Origin: Kondoa subrosea
Taxonomy: Eukaryota
Assembly (NCBI GenBank): GCA_039545335.1
Contig: BCIN01000007.1
Span: 558,001 to 622,000 of the forward strand
Direction: 5' to 3'
Length of the DNA stretch: 64,000 nt
A program made the position numbers and the translations under genes. Positions 12,601-28,183 of this stretch are shown piece after piece. The stretch's first letter is position 1, and the number at the start of each line of letters is the position of its first letter. Below the pieces are notes generated by a model. That model had not been told where the DNA came from. It ran no database searches and saw nothing but the letters and a program-made list of their open reading frames with translations.

Positions 12601-15600
12601 CAGTGGTCGGAACATACCGATCCCCAATCTTCACGTAATGCCATAGCCCATTCGCCTTGCTTGTAATTACACCTAGCGAGTAGTCGAGTATAAGTCGGCT
12701 GATGTTCGGCTTGCAAGGTGTCCTGCTCCAGATCATCTCTTAGTTTACGTGTGAATTCTTGCAAGTGGACCAGGGTGTCTTCTTTCTCGCCTGTTGCCCA
12801 CATATACTTGAGATGGGCATAAATGACATGAGGTGGGCCCTGAGAAGACAGATCAGTCTGGACACTTCAAAGTGGTCTTGACTTACATTGCCGACTTCAT
12901 CGCCCAGCAAGGAATTGATTGTCTTCTCTGCTAGACCCATTCGACCAGACTTGCGACACAGATTTGCAAATTTGATCCACATATCGACGTTCTCGCGAGG
13001 AGTCATGACGAGAGCCCGAACTTTGAGAATGCGTTGCCAAACTTCCACGTCTCTTTGACAACCTCGCAGGCGCTTCATCCAAGTTTTCTGAATGACCATT
13101 CTTCGCTCGCGGTTGTCTGGGCTATTGAGATTCGAAGCCTCTTTGTACTGTATGATTTCTTCCAGTTCAGAAAGCATTTGTACCCGAACGATTTGACTAT
13201 AGAGCTGTATGAGACTACACTGTCCTTCAGATCAAGTCTTAAGCTCACTTGTAGGCACGGTTGTAGCTTTCGCCAACCAAGGTTGTAAGTTCGGTAACAA
13301 GCAGATCTCGAGCTTTATTGATATGCGATTGCGCTTTGCCGAATTCGCCTTTATGAATGTTCAAGATTGACCGGAACCAAGCACGATCAGCTGAATCATG
13401 TTTGAGAACGCTGACGAATTCTTCCATCGATTCCCAATTCTGCTGGCCCCAGGCTGAGGCAGCTCCCAGAGGCGCGATCTTGCGTTTGAGTTCAACAGAA
13501 GCATGAGACCAATACTCTGATGCAAGTTGCGACAAGCTCTCCCATTCACCGAGAGCATGCAAACATCGCATTCGACCGAAAGTCAGATCAAAATTGCCTG
13601 GATCGGTTTCTTGACGAGTCTCATAAGCTGCAAGCGCATCTTCCCACTTCTCCAGCTTCTCATACCAATCTTCCGAGAGGTTCCGGACATCAAAGTGTTG
13701 TTGGGCGTAGGTGAGAATACCCATTGCCGTATCTGGCTGTTGCAGATGGTTGTTGATTCTGATAAGGTCTTCAATTATTTCATATGAGTTGGAGCTGAAG
13801 AATTCGGTTTCTTTGTAGTGAAGAGCTTTGGCGTACGCGTGACATCGATTCGCGTATGTACCGAGCATTTGAGCAGGAATTGGCAGCATTTTGTCATCGT
13901 GCTGTCGTCATATCAGTCTAGACGCGCAGTCACGAGGTGACTTCTTACCTCCATGAATTCAGCCAGATTCAATAAAGTTTGCATGACTTCTGTGGGGACT
14001 GAAGGTGAAGCCAGAGCTGTTTCGATCGCCCGTACCAAATCATCCTGGTAATTATCAAATAACTCGCCCCAGCATGATACGAAAGCAGGATTGAAGAGTT
14101 CGCGAGCAAGAGGATGGTAAACTTCTGCCAGATTGGCGCAAGCCCGAAGAGAATGGGAAGGCGTAGATTTGAGCAATTGTACTGCCAATCTCTTGAGCCA
14201 TTCTCGCCAATCATCAGCTTTGGCACGTTCTGTCGTTTCCCAAGCGCTCATGAGGTTTCGTTGGTTGACAGGAAGCTTATTGACTCCTGCATCAGCCGCA
14301 ATACTAGTCTCATCATCCGCGTGCAAGCTGAAAAGAGACATGTGAGCTATGATGCATTGCTGGGATCACAACACTGACAGTTGAATTGCATCTTGAGGTA
14401 ATGATTGGCCTTTGAGCAGCTTCGACACCAGAGACTCGTAAGTGGGGTGCGAAATGCGATTGCGAAGGAGAGTCTTGTTGATCAGAGGAATAAAAATGGC
14501 GAACTCTGGTCCAATTTGAGTCATAAGTGTGCAAAGAGTATCCACTGCAGCCATTTTGATGTCGCTTGGGGCGGAGTTGAGAATGCGCACAAGCGGATGT
14601 ACGATACGAGAAGCGTGATCTGTAAAATTAATGCGACGACATAGGGTGGTCAGCGTATTGACTGCTGCTTTGCGGACTTTGTTGGGTACATCAAGCCGTT
14701 CGAAAGTCTTGACGATGATCGGTATCGTAAGATGCAAGTACTCTTCCAAGTTAGCGCCGAAGGAGCCAAGCGCTTTCAATATTCTCAGTTGAGTGTCGTT
14801 CTTACGATCGGTACTATCTCCTTCGAAAGCTTGCAGCAACAGCGGAAGTAAATTTGGCAAATAGATCTTGAATTCGCCTTCCAATGCCAGAGCGATAGAT
14901 TCGATCAGGTCGACGATAATGGCTTGCAAGGTAACTCCATTATTCCAGAAATCGGCAATCAATTCCAGGATCGGGGCCAGATGCTTGCGGATATGTTGCT
15001 TGACCGTTGTGACCAATTGTCCTAGATTCTGAATGTAATACTCTTGCAGATTCGGTGGACAAGCCCGCATCGCTCCGAGGAAGGCAGGTAGAACCTGTCA
15101 GCGCGTAAGTTATTAACACGGAGCACCAAAAGCCTGTACGCTGTACTGACTTGTGGCAAGAACATAACACATTTCAGGCGAAGAGACCGGAAGATATACA
15201 TAATGGCTTCGATGACTGCGGTGTGATGACTGCTGAGGGATGGATCTCGAAGAATAGTAAGAAGAGCACGGAAGGCAGCAGTCGGATAGTAGCTAGCATC
15301 ATTCGAGAGACCATAGACGTAGCTGTAGTTGGAATCGGCAAATCCGAAAGGTTCAGGGTTTGTATCGGTTAATTCACGTTCGATGGCCTAAGTGTCATTG
15401 AGTATCAGTCGAGAACCGAGGATCCTATACCAAGCATCTTACAGTGTGTCTGTATGGATCCAGTGCGCCTAAAGCAGACATTAACTTGTAGACCTCACAT
15501 AGAAGTGAAACTTACCTAGCATGCCGATAGCTCTGACTGTCTCCCTCTTTCCAGAAGCTGATGGTTCGGTTTGTAATATACTGATCAGAGTTGAAAGTAG

Positions 15601-18244
15601 AGCCGGATGCTGGACATAGGGCTCAATAACATAGCCTGAACCACTAGCTAATTGACCAAGTGTTCTGAGAGCTGCTTCACGTTTGCTGGGAGCAGCTTGA
15701 TCGTGAAGAGTGTCAATGATGAGATCCATGTAATGCTTCTGCCAGTTGACCAATTCTTCTCCACCAACTCGAGCTAAATCTCCCATAGCAGACATAATTG
15801 CAGACGCGACATCGGGATTTCGGTCCCTTGCTTTCGGAATAAGAACCTTGAGCATAGCTGGAACGTAAGGTTTGGTGATTCGTTGAGATGCGGCTACCAA
15901 ATGACTGATGAGAATAGCTGCCTGTTCTTTGTTGCGACTGTTCATACATGTCAGCCTCAATGCTACACTGGTTATAGATAAGCCTACTCTTTTGTCGAAT
16001 ACTCTAATTCCGTCAAGAGCTGAATCAAAGTCTTTCGAAGCGAAGGCATCACATAAGCAGGGTTGTGCATTGCTAAACGACCAATCATCTGTATAGCCAG
16101 TTCTCTGATTTCAAAGTCTTCATCATTCATAGCAATGACTATCGACCGAACGTTTTCCGCTTGAGCTAGATGTCTATCAAATCGAGGATCGAGAGAGAGA
16201 AGGGTTGATTTTCGGATTGATACATCAGGGTCCGCAACAGCTACAGTCAACAGCTTCTCCAATACTTCGCCAACCAATCGAACAGCGTGAGAACTGGTCT
16301 GATGTACTATTGGATCTTCCGCAAAGAGTTTGCTGGTAGTCGAGGCTGCCGCTAAGCGAACTTCTCGACTATCATCTTCTAGGTAGGTGACTACACAGTC
16401 AGCAATGAATTCGCTCAGTATATGGCCGGAGAAGTCAAAGTCGCCAAGGGTTGTGAGAGCCAGAGTAAGCAGAGCAGGGTCTTTCAGCTCGTGCACACCA
16501 GAAGGCATAGATGAGATTGGACCGTTCAGTCGTAGCGCGGAATGTAGACTGGCAGAAGCTCCGGGGTGCTTGAAGCTTTGACCGGAAAGCAGACCTGACA
16601 GCAAATCAAGTAGTCGCTCTTGTATTGTGCTCTTCAGGGGTGGAATGTAATGAGCCAAGTTCTTGAGCGCGAGCACAAGAGGTTCAGAAAGACCATAAGC
16701 GAACATGAGGTCGAGCAATTCGTGCATGTGTTTCGTCAACACTTGACCAAGAGAAAGGGCCAGCATGCTAATGCATTCAAAGATTGGGCCTTCGGATGGA
16801 GCGTTCTTCCTGCCTCTTGCGTGAAGACCTTCTTTGCAGCTATCGAGGACAGCGTCAAGGTATGCAGCCATGTTGGATCCGACGGCCAATGCGATGTTTC
16901 CGATAGCTTTGAAGGCTGGTGACAGAGACGATACTTCAGCTTAGAGTCAGCTTTGACTCTCCGACACGGACAGTATGTTCGATCTCGCTCTCGCTTGAGC
17001 TGACTCAGCAGATGAATCATGCATTTGTGTAGATAGCTAGCAGTGAATTCCTTCTCGTCGTACGTAGCCATAGTCGGCATAAGCGATATCACAGCTTGTC
17101 GGACTAAGCTGTCTCGGTGATCTCGATACGATAAGATCTGGTCGCAGACTTCCTTGAAGCGAGAATGCTGTCATTGTTGATCAGCACGGTTCAAGTAAAT
17201 CTGCTTTCATTGAACATACCATAAACTAGAGACAACAGAACTACTAAGTAAGCACATGGAAGGTTGTGCGACATCTAACATACCATTCCAGCCCGTAAAA
17301 AAAGCTCCTGGTAGCCTAACAAGCTTCCATGAATAGCTTCTAGCGAATTTGACCTAAATCCTTTGGCCGCTTGCTCATAGACCATATTGTACCATTCCGA
17401 TCTCATTGCTCCATCTCGTTCAAATGCGATCTTCAAACAGCCCGATAATGCTCCTGCTGCAACTTCACGAATAGCGACTTTCGGATCTCGCATTGCTGTC
17501 CACAAATTGTCCAGCAAATCCGGTATGTGTTCATACATGAGAGAAGGAACAGTTCTGGATAGTTCTCGAAGCAGAAGAACAGCGCCCCATCGTCGAAATT
17601 CGATGCGTTCGCCTGTCATAGACACTGAGAACCTCATTGATAGCAATACTTGAGCCTAGACTTACCTTGCAACCATTCTATAGTTGTCTTGAGTTGGATG
17701 TTGACCAAGCCAATCATGAGTAATCCTCCAGCAGCAGCCAAACGAGCTGTCATTCAAATCCAAGATGAATCCATATCGAAAGACAATCAACGCTCCGACT
17801 GACCATAAACTTTCGCAGCCAAACCCATTACCAAAGGATCAGGACATGGAATTGCTTTCAAGACGTTCGCAGCCAACTTGACAGCCAAAGATAGATCAGC
17901 AGGCGGGAGCAAGCTCAACATAGACTATTCGAATGCATCAATTGAGTACTGCAGTATTCCTCAGAAGCAAGCCCACATCAATAGCAGTCAAACCAGCGAG
18001 CTTGTCGTTCACATCAGGCGAGTTCGTGAGCTGAATACAGCGAGACAAGACTTGTGCATCCACTTTGCCAAAAGAATTGGAAGGTCCAGCAACATTGATC
18101 CTGCTGTCTGAGTACAACTTCTCTTGAAAGACATGAGCCGCCCTCGTTCGAACTTCATCGTTCCTATTCCCATCATGCATGCATGAGCGGATGTTTTGTT
18201 TCGGGCTCGCTTGGATCTGCTTGCCTCGAGCGTAGGTCCTGCAT
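9681..18244 (-). CDS. TOR1: TOR serine/threonine kinase (PIKK)
   Basis: HEAT repeats, FAT ([10 protein letters not shown]), FRB ([14 protein letters not shown]), kinase ([41 protein letters not shown]) and FATC ending GWCAFW*. The 5' end is tentative. Confidence 0.97.
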
Positions 18245-18789
18245 GGCTACTCAGAGCCAGCCTAAGGTATCCGCCAACTCAAAGGCACGAGAGGGTATAG
18301 ATCACTGTTACAAGACACAAGTGGGAAATCGCTCAAAGGCTAGAGTATGATCGAAGTCACATGTGTCCAGGTACAAACGATACTGCATCCAGCTATCCTG
18401 TTCGACTATTGTACTCTTCTACTCGACCGCCCAGAATTGTAATCAATCGGAAAGCAAACCAAGCAGATTGGATTTCGAGGATCTCGCGAGAGGTAGTGTT
18501 TTCGAAGAGGAATGCACCTTTAAGTAGATTGTCCACTGCGAGAAACAGATCCACACCACTCGTCACTCATCTAATGCTGTGTGCCTGCGACGCATAGACG
18601 CATCTGGTTCCTGGTGTTGTTCAGTTGTTGTGTCAGCCTATAGCAATTGTCAGACGACTCACAAAGGGAATGAATTATGTAAAACTCACGCTCTCTTGTC
18701 CCAAATCTGCTGGGGAAATGCTCGCCGACAATACAGGTAAACGTCCATCACAACTTCTTGTTATGCATCAGAACTTGTTTGACTGTGCA

Positions 18790-19629
18790 TCATCGAAGTC
18801 GCTGACGTCCTTGCGTCAATACCGGTGACGGATCGCTTTCAGCTATTGCTGAGCTGACAAATGATCTAACTTACGCGGTGGATCTACGCCTTTCATCAAG
18901 CTGTGTATAGTTTCTTGATCCCATGTATGGATCTCATCATTCAGTTCTCCTATTGAGCCAAAAGAGGCATTTACATTCAGAACAGAATTCATCACACCTA
19001 AGAGCATTTTGTCATACGAATGGAAGTCTCGAGCCGTTCACAAGAGTCTACGAAGAGACCAAACATGGTAGTCAGACTAAACGAACCATATGCTGACTGA
19101 AGAAGCACTCACTCTCTACTAACGACCTGGCACATATATTTTCTGATGTATCTTCTCCATACCAATCATCCAGTTCTTTACGTGCCTCACATGCTAGCCC
19201 TTCCTCCAATGCTTTAGCTTTCATGAATTGCTTCCAGACAAACATGTAAGGTCGATCTTTTAATGCAATGACTTCGCTTCCATTTCCGCTATCACTGTTT
19301 TGAGAAGAAGAAGTAGAAGAGTCTGTCGAATATTTATCCCAATCCTGAATGACCCAGAAATTGTCCTTGACCATGCAAATGAATGAGTCGATAGTCGGTG
19401 AAAGAATGAGAGTTTTGCATTGAAGACGATAGCCTTCTTGGAATAGTTGTTGACGTAGAGCTTCAGACATGAGAGCACAGAGCATAGATTGCTGCTTGTA
19501 AGACACACGCCAAAAGAGCCATACTTGTTCTCGTAAACGGTAAGGTCTTGTGACATTGAGATCAAATTGAATGTCTGCGTCCAGTGCTGGCGGATTGAGT
19601 TTGGTCCAGATCTTGGAGATTGTCTGCAT
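18790..19629 (-). CDS. Hypothetical protein
   Basis: Long first exon (MQTISKIWTKLNPP...) plus spliceable downstream exons. No family recognised. Confidence 0.5.
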
Positions 19630-20039
19630 AGTTTTGAAGAGTAGCAAGGCAGAAGAACAAGGGGAAAGGGCAAGTATCAATGTTTGAATTGGATATAATT
19701 GTGGTCTGGTCTGTCACTTCAAACAACAGTCTCGAAGCCTTGTGAGACTAGACGGCAAAGACGAATATATGAGCTGTTCCAAGATGGGTATAGTCAAGGT
19801 ATAGTATGCGTGGCTTGAATATGGGCGGTGCGGATCAAAACAGGAAATTCGGAATGTCGAGGTTCGCTTAGCTGGCGCCTGGTATATTTAACGTAAGATG
19901 CCAGGTCAGGCCTCTAGACACAGTCGAAGCAGACACACAACCGTGTGGCCTTCCATCAGAGTAAGTCGCTTATTTCATTCTGAGCATGCCATCACATCTT
20001 TCTGCCTTCCACTTCTACCTTCATCTCTTGCAAGTATAA

Positions 20040-21026
<987 letters not shown>

Positions 21027-21427
21027 TGTGAATGTAGAAGAGCTCTAGCGAGTGTTGGACAAGCGATCAAGTCTGTTTGAAGGACACATGAAGTAATATC
21101 AGAAATGAATTCGTCAAAGCAAAACGCCGAGCTTCGGTCCTCATTCACAAAGGGTATACGGCCAGGACTGCCTGGTCATGCAGTATGGAAGCTTACGAGG
21201 ATATTGCAAAACTTGTGATGGTTTATGTCAAGGTGCGTCTTCGGTGTCAAAGAAAGGGTGGTCATGACCTTGCATTCCAAAATAGACGCAAAGCTCTCTG
21301 CGATATAGTATGCACAGTATAAGGGAAGTACACCTATCAGGACAAGTGAATGAATGCACTTGAATCCCCTTGCTAAAACCTCCTGTCGATGTTCTACCTC
21401 TGGCTTTTCCCCTAAAGCAAAGTCTAA

Positions 21428-23858
21428 TTACTGCAGCAACATGAAGCCTACAATCCATGAATATCAGTCTTCATCCTCTGCAGCAGAAGAAGAGAGAAAG
21501 AACTTACTTGGATCTCTGTTTTTCGATCCCGCGTAAGTATCAAAGTCACCAGGTAAAAGTGGAAACGCACTCTATGAACTCCTTGATTCTCACTGCATCC
21601 ACAAATCAGCTGTCTACTTCTCCTTCCACGCCAACGAAACTCACCTAATACAGAAACTGCTTCCCTTCCATCCAATAATCTATGATCATAAGTGAGGGCG
21701 ACAATCATGATTGGTCGGATCTCGATTTTGCCATTCACGACGTAGGCTATCATAAACCTGAATATTCGGCGTGGCAGGTAAAAGAAAGAGACCAACGTTT
21801 TTCTTTGATAGAATGCAGACCGAGCACAGCGGATTGCTGAACGCTTATGAGCTACCAATACATAGGCTGCTGAAAGAGCTTACAGGTGAGTTAATACTGT
21901 GAACATCGGGGCTCAGACGAAGTACACTGTACAAAATCCGAGCATGCTTACATAGGTGTACCATAAAGCGAGCCGAAAACACCTCCGTTCGAGCTGAGCA
22001 GAACAATCAGCTACTCCTATGGTGACAGCGAGCGAAAACATACATGGTGAAAGTACCTGTCAAGCCCCAAACGTCACCAGCTGGAATCAGCAAGTAAAGA
22101 TTAGAACTAACCTCCAGACATGTCTGTTCGTCCGGACGACCCTGAGCATGTACTAGGTACGGAAGAAATCATAGACGGACCTTCCAAAGTCAACTTGTTA
22201 TCCCTCGCTTTCTTACCCAGTCGAGCAATTTCTTCTTCTACTTCCAAGATAGACATTTCTTCCGCATTTCGGACAACAGGTACGACCTGAAAGCGATACA
22301 AATGAGCTGACTACTTGCTGAACGAGTGAAATTATGTGCTTACCAGACCCTTTGGAGTTGAAACCTGTATGTTTTGGACCACATATCAGATTGCGAATAA
22401 TCGGAATGAAGCCCAGATACATACCGCTACTGAGACATCACAGTCTGACCATTTCAGTCACTCGCAATCAGCTTTATAAACAGCTGACAAGGTGCAAAAC
22501 GCACAATCATGGTAAACGATTTGATCACCATACCCAGGTCCTTCAATTCCAGCATTGGCAGCAGGGAATTCTTTAAGTGCCATACAAGCAGCTTTAGTAA
22601 AAGCTCCCATGAAACCTAATTTGATTCCTTTATCTTTCAAAAGTCGATCTTTGTATTGACCTCGAAGTGCGATCAAGGAAGACATGTCGATTTCGTTGAA
22701 GGTAGTTAAAGAGGCAGCAGTGTTTTGAGATTGCTTGAGTCTTTCTGCGATTCTTTTGCGCATAGAGTTCATCTTGACCTGTACGTCCCCTACTATCAGT
22801 AACCGAAGTACGCTGAGAAATGAATAAAAGGACACACTCTACGTTCTGTTCGGTTTCCTGAACCCGAAGACTGTTCACCTTTCGTACCTGACGAAGATGA
22901 TGAAGAAGACGAAGAAGCAGGAGCGGGTTTCGGTGAGGATGAAGGAGCAGGTTGACGAGCTTCAGTAGCTTTTGGTTCTGGCTTTGGTGGCTCAGCTTCT
23001 TTTTGCTTCACTGCATCAGTTTCTTGTGGTGCTTTGCGTTTGGATTGTTCAGGTGATTCTGTGTGAAATGTGAGTCGTATTACTGGTGAGGTGGGAATGA
23101 ATGTACCTTGTTTCGATTCCTCTACCAGAATCGCAGCAGGCCATAAGCACTTCATAACGCTAAGCAGCTGCTATCACTGACCTTTTGGTTCAGGCGCAGA
23201 CTCTGTGATCATGGTCTTAGACTGACATTATCCTTTCAGGTTATAGACTCACCCTTTTTCGACTCTGATTCTGATGCAGCAGCACCTCCAGAAGGTTTAT
23301 CACCTTCTTCAATCTTGAATAGATCATTACCAACAGCAACTGTATCTTCTTCTTCAGCAAACAATTCCGTGATCGTTCCCGCTTTTGTAGCGTTGACCGA
23401 AACATCAATCTGTACGCAATTTGGTCTATCTTAGCTTCCCATATGGAGCGTAAGATGAGTGATTGCGCACCTTGTCAGTCTCAATAGTAGCGACTTCTTC
23501 ATCCACTTCAACATAATCTCCCTTTTTCTTCAACCATTGTTTCAATGTTCCTTCAGAGATGGATTCTGCCATTTGCGGTACTTTGACCACTTCTACATTC
23601 GTTCAATGTTGACCTCAGCATTGAAAGCATGAACGGAGGATTCCCGGAACGAACCTCTAACTTGTGATGACAAAGAGAAAGAGCGTGCATATTGAGAGCT
23701 ATCATCACACACTATAAGTTACATAGACAGAGAGAAGGCCAGAAGTAGGTGAGAACCGACTTGATCAGCGGAGTTAATGCACCGCCTTGGATCTTTGGAT
23801 TGCAGCTCAAAGTAGACAACCTAAGCCTTGAAGCAGCTTTTGACGAAGACCTTAGCAT
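21428..23858 (-). CDS. KGD2: Dihydrolipoamide succinyltransferase (2-oxoglutarate dehydrogenase E2)
   Basis: Mitochondrial presequence, [15 protein letters not shown], lipoyl [31 protein letters not shown] and the catalytic [12 protein letters not shown]. Confidence 0.96.
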
Positions 23859-23963
23859 GGTTTGCTGATGTGTGTAGCTGAATAGAGCACAGCAACAGAG
23901 GGAGGGAAGGAGAGGAAGGTCGAAGTTGCAAACCAAGCCTATATCAATCTCCCGTGTACGGCC

Positions 23964-24629
23964 ATGTCAGAACAACAAGGAGGTCTCAAGACAGTCTATG
24001 TCGGTGCGTTGAGCCTCATGATGGTACCAGCTTCGTTACATAAGCTCACACTCAAAGGAATCTAGGCGGATTTGGTCCTGAAATCTCGGATTCGCACTTG
24101 TTTTCTACTTTCTCTACTTTTGGCGATATAGTCTCTATAAACTTACCAACAGATACATCCAAACGTTCGTCATCATCTCACCTCTTCTTTCCCCTTTTCT
24201 TGTTTTTCTTCTTGCTTGCTCATGTATTGTGTTATCGACAGGCCATGAAGAAAATCCACCGCACAGAGGATTCGCTTATATCGACTTCAATTCCGCCTCA
24301 GATGCTTTGGATGCAGTAGATAACATGCATGAAAATCAAATCAATGGTAAAACACTCAGGTGCAATTTGAGTAGACCGAAAGCTGGTGCAGAAATGTTGG
24401 GTACAAATAGATCAGGTAAGGCTTATCTCTTGTCTTCTTTTAACTACTCTCTTCATCCTAGAATTGCAATGCTGATCATGAGTATGAACAGTTTGGGAAA
24501 ATGAAGCATGGATTCGTGAGAATCTACCCGCGGACGTAAGCCCGAAAGGCTTGCATGCATTGTGAGAACTTTGCCTAATCAGTACTCCTATAGCGGAAGA
24601 ATCAAGATACAGAAATGGCTTCGCAATAA
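23964..24629 (+). CDS. Single-RRM protein resembling the RRM of cyclophilin E (PPIE/Cyp33)
   Basis: KTVYVGG (RNP2), FSTFGDIVSINLP, HRGFAYIDF (RNP1), DALDAVDNMH, VWENEAW. The 3' end is uncertain. Confidence 0.8.
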
Positions 24630-24751
24630 AGAAAGAACTCAAAGGATGTATAAATGTAACAAACCAATGTATATTGCAACTTAGAGATGAGGGTATTCAC
24701 ATTGCCTTCCCATTATTTTATTGACATAACAGCGTAAAGCCTAAGTTTGGC

Positions 24752-26962
24752 CTATGCGCCAAAATATCTTTCGCCGAAACTGCCCAAACCTGCACAGGAT
24801 TTGTTAGCCCTATGTCTCACTCGAGAGTATATACACCTACCAGGTATGATAGCGAAGACTGTTCGCGACCAGTACAGTTCAGTACTCAGATAGTGCAAAC
24901 CGTATTCACGACGAACCTTTCTTCCCTTTGGCATTCCTTCTTCCACCACTTCTAGCACCACTTGCAAGAGATTGTGTCGACCCAACTCTAGCTAAAGCTG
25001 GACTTTCTTGATTGTTCTTAGCAGACGGCAAATCATCTTCTATTCGATATGAATCGGATGGGTCTTCGATCCAATGTTCTTCCAATCCTGGATCAGCTGC
25101 TGCTGTCACTATCCTGATTCCTCTATACAAGTATAACAGTGAGTCTTTCACTTGAAGACAGTATAGAAAGACTTACGGAAAGACTCTGCAGATTGCATGC
25201 ACCCCTCCGATTCTGCTTATAAGAAACACGACGACAATAATATTCTCTTGCTTGACTGTTCCCACTCGTCGTATTAAGTCTATTATAACACAGACAAATA
25301 AGAAACTAACCCCCATGATCCAACAAGATCCTAATAGCCATCATTGCAGCCGCTCCAGTCCCAATCTGACTATCCAAAACTAAGACTGTACTTTCACTAG
25401 CACTTTGTCTTGATTTTAAAGTAGTAGGTAAAGATAATTGATACATTAAAGGTTCTCCACTTTCAGGTTCGGATTGAATCAGGACTGATCCTAACGTTAT
25501 ATCGGATTGAACTCGACGAAGACCTTTTTCTAAACATGCTCCAGAACGAAGGATCGTAAGTCCACATAAATGCTGCCCGGGATATCAGCACATATCGATA
25601 ATTAAGGCAAAGGACATGAACGACTCACTTTCACATCCAATTTCTTGCCGTTATGAGGATAACCAGCTCTTGTGGTTATTGAATGTTTAGCATAAGGTAA
25701 ATGTTTCAACGCTTCTTCTACCAACAAAGTTGCTAATCGATCGGCGAAGAAGATGAAATCGTCTGTCAAAGTATCTTCGCATCTCAGAACGGTCATGATA
25801 CCCTACCATAGACGTTAAATAGGAATAATAAAAAGCAGAGGAAAACTAACGTTGAGTTGAGTTGTTTGTTCCATTACTATTACTCCCGACGGTAGAGGTG
25901 GTTCAGTGTTGTTTGATAGATCAGTAGGGCTCTGCAGCTCTTGATGGCAGAGAAGAGGTCGAATTTGGAAAGACCGTTCGTGCATTTGACGGCGAATATG
26001 CGTTGCCTGTGTAATGCTGATAAGCAGAGAGACTCGACGGAGAGGGAAAGCTCACGATGATGTCTATTGCTACGTGATTTGATGCACCTGGAACGATGAT
26101 ATCCGCATGCTTGGAAGTAGGTAGAACATGGTCGTCATAAGAAGGTTTGCTATTTCCCAACATTAGCAACAGAACACAAAGTGAAGAGATAAGCTTACAC
26201 AAACCGAAGATACTGCTCAAGAATCCCCTTGACATCTCTCCCGCGCTCAGCAACATCTCGCTGTATTCGCCGGGCTAGCATAAGATCGCTATCGCATTGC
26301 ACAAAGATCTTCATATCCAATAGGTCCCGAGTAGCTTTATCGTAGAGCACAAAGATGCCTCTAAAACCTTTTTTAGCTGTGTATTACTAGGTGAAATAGC
26401 AGACACTGACTCTATAATCACAATTGTCGCTCCATAAAGGTACTGTGTTTGATCTGTCCGTTGATGCTGAACAAAAGAATAGGTAGGTATTTCTGCACTC
26501 CTGCATGACTTCAGATCAATGATACATTGCCTCAAAACATCATAATCAAAAGCATCAGGCGAGTCGACTATGATTTCGATCAAAAATACTGAAACAAATC
26601 TCAACTAAATTCGCTCACAATCGTAATTGTTCTCAAATGCCAGTTTACTCTGCGCTTTAGTTAAGCTCTTGTAAAAGTTATCTTGAGAGACAACAAGAAT
26701 CCAAGCGACGTTGACTGATTTTAGGATCGCATTAGCGACTGAAGTTTTTCCCGACCCGCTACCACCAGCTACACCAATCACGAAGGCTTCTTTGGGAGTT
26801 CCGTCCGGTAGATACCAACATGGTCGACCTTGACCAGTCAAAAGGGTACTCTTCTGAATACAGCCCAAGATTGAGACACACTGCCAGACTGAAGCGCAAT
26901 AAACGGACGGATAGATTAGATCCGGATGCATCCTCGTGCATATGAACAGGTTTGAGCCTCAT
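24752..26962 (-). CDS. URK1: Uridine kinase with C-terminal UPRTase-like domain
   Basis: [15 protein letters not shown]-loop, [66 protein letters not shown]. Confidence 0.93.
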
Positions 26963-27197
26963 GATGAGATTAGCGGGGAGAACAGCTCAGAAAGCACTGC
27001 AGGGCTACAAGGCAGCTGATGTAGCTGAAACGAAGATGAGCCCAGAGAAGAGACACAGTAGGATAGACGAGAGATAGAGAAGCCGATGGACAAGAGCAAG
27101 CAAGCTGCAAATGAATTTCGACGAGTTGGACCAAAACCGCCGAGTGACACATTCAGATGCTAGGTGAGGCAGGAGATCAAGCGGAAGAACATCTCTG

Positions 27198-28183
27198 ATG
27201 TTGCTGGCAGGCCTCGCTTCATATGGATCTGGTTCAGAGGACGAGGGAGAGCTGCCAGGCAAATCAACAGACTTGGACAAAGATACTTCTCAAACGGTAT
27301 GCTGCTCCTATATTTGGCCTATCATGAGCAGACCATCACTCTCTTGTTCTCCGTTTTTCTCTTCTTCCTCCTTTTCTCTACATTTGGCAATGTCGAATGA
27401 GCACAGCAAGTGAGATCCATAGCGAGTGCTTCTGTCTCTCAACCCGCTCGTTCGTGTCCTTCTCACTTGAAGTTGTGTTACTCTTAAGATAATATCTTAG
27501 CTAAAAGCAACCCTTCTTCAAATTATAATTCACCTCGAAGCGGCCTCGCAGGCGTTCGCTTACCCGTAGCTTCTACTTCCAAGCTACAAGATACGCCGCC
27601 TCGAAGGGCGAAATCACCTTCTCCTCCTGTGTCGAGGCCGTCAAACATCAGTCAAATGGAACCTACCAACGTCGATAACCCTCAAGCGGAATGGCCATTT
27701 GAGAAGTATGGGATACCGAAACCTGATAGAAGCATCAAGCCTGATGAAGCATTGCAGGTGACTAGAATTCCATAACAATCTGTATTCAGATTTGACATGT
27801 TGTTTGTTTTGTCACAGGCCAAACTAGCGCACTTCCACAATCTCACTTCCACTGGTCTGTCCTTCAATGCTACTCTAGAGAAGAATAAAGCTTTCCGGAA
27901 CCCGCACATCTTATCCAAACTCATCCAAGTTTGCCCTCATTTAAAAGACGAACAAGGAAGCAATCTTTCTTTAGACTGGGAAAGAGAGTCTATGCTACTT
28001 GAAGGAGCTGCAGATGTGATTGGGAGAAAGCAAAAGGAGCAGAATGAAGAAAGGGAACGAAGGCAATTGATGGGCAACAAAGATGGGAAGAGACAAATTG
28101 CTTTTGATCCGCCTTCTTCGTCGAGCAGCAAGAGTAGTAGCAAGCGAAGAGAAAGGAGCAGATCACCAAGGAGGAAGTATTGA
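27198..28183 (+). CDS. HCNGP/SAP30BP-like protein
   Basis: N-terminal GLASYGSGSEDE and the core AKLAHFHNL...FNATLEKNKAFRNPHILSKLI...DEQGSN typical of the HCNGP family. Confidence 0.85.

Noticed and set aside
19786..19885. tRNA-like look (GGTATAGT...GGTTCG)
   Set aside because: No cloverleaf pairing or correct spacing of A and B boxes.
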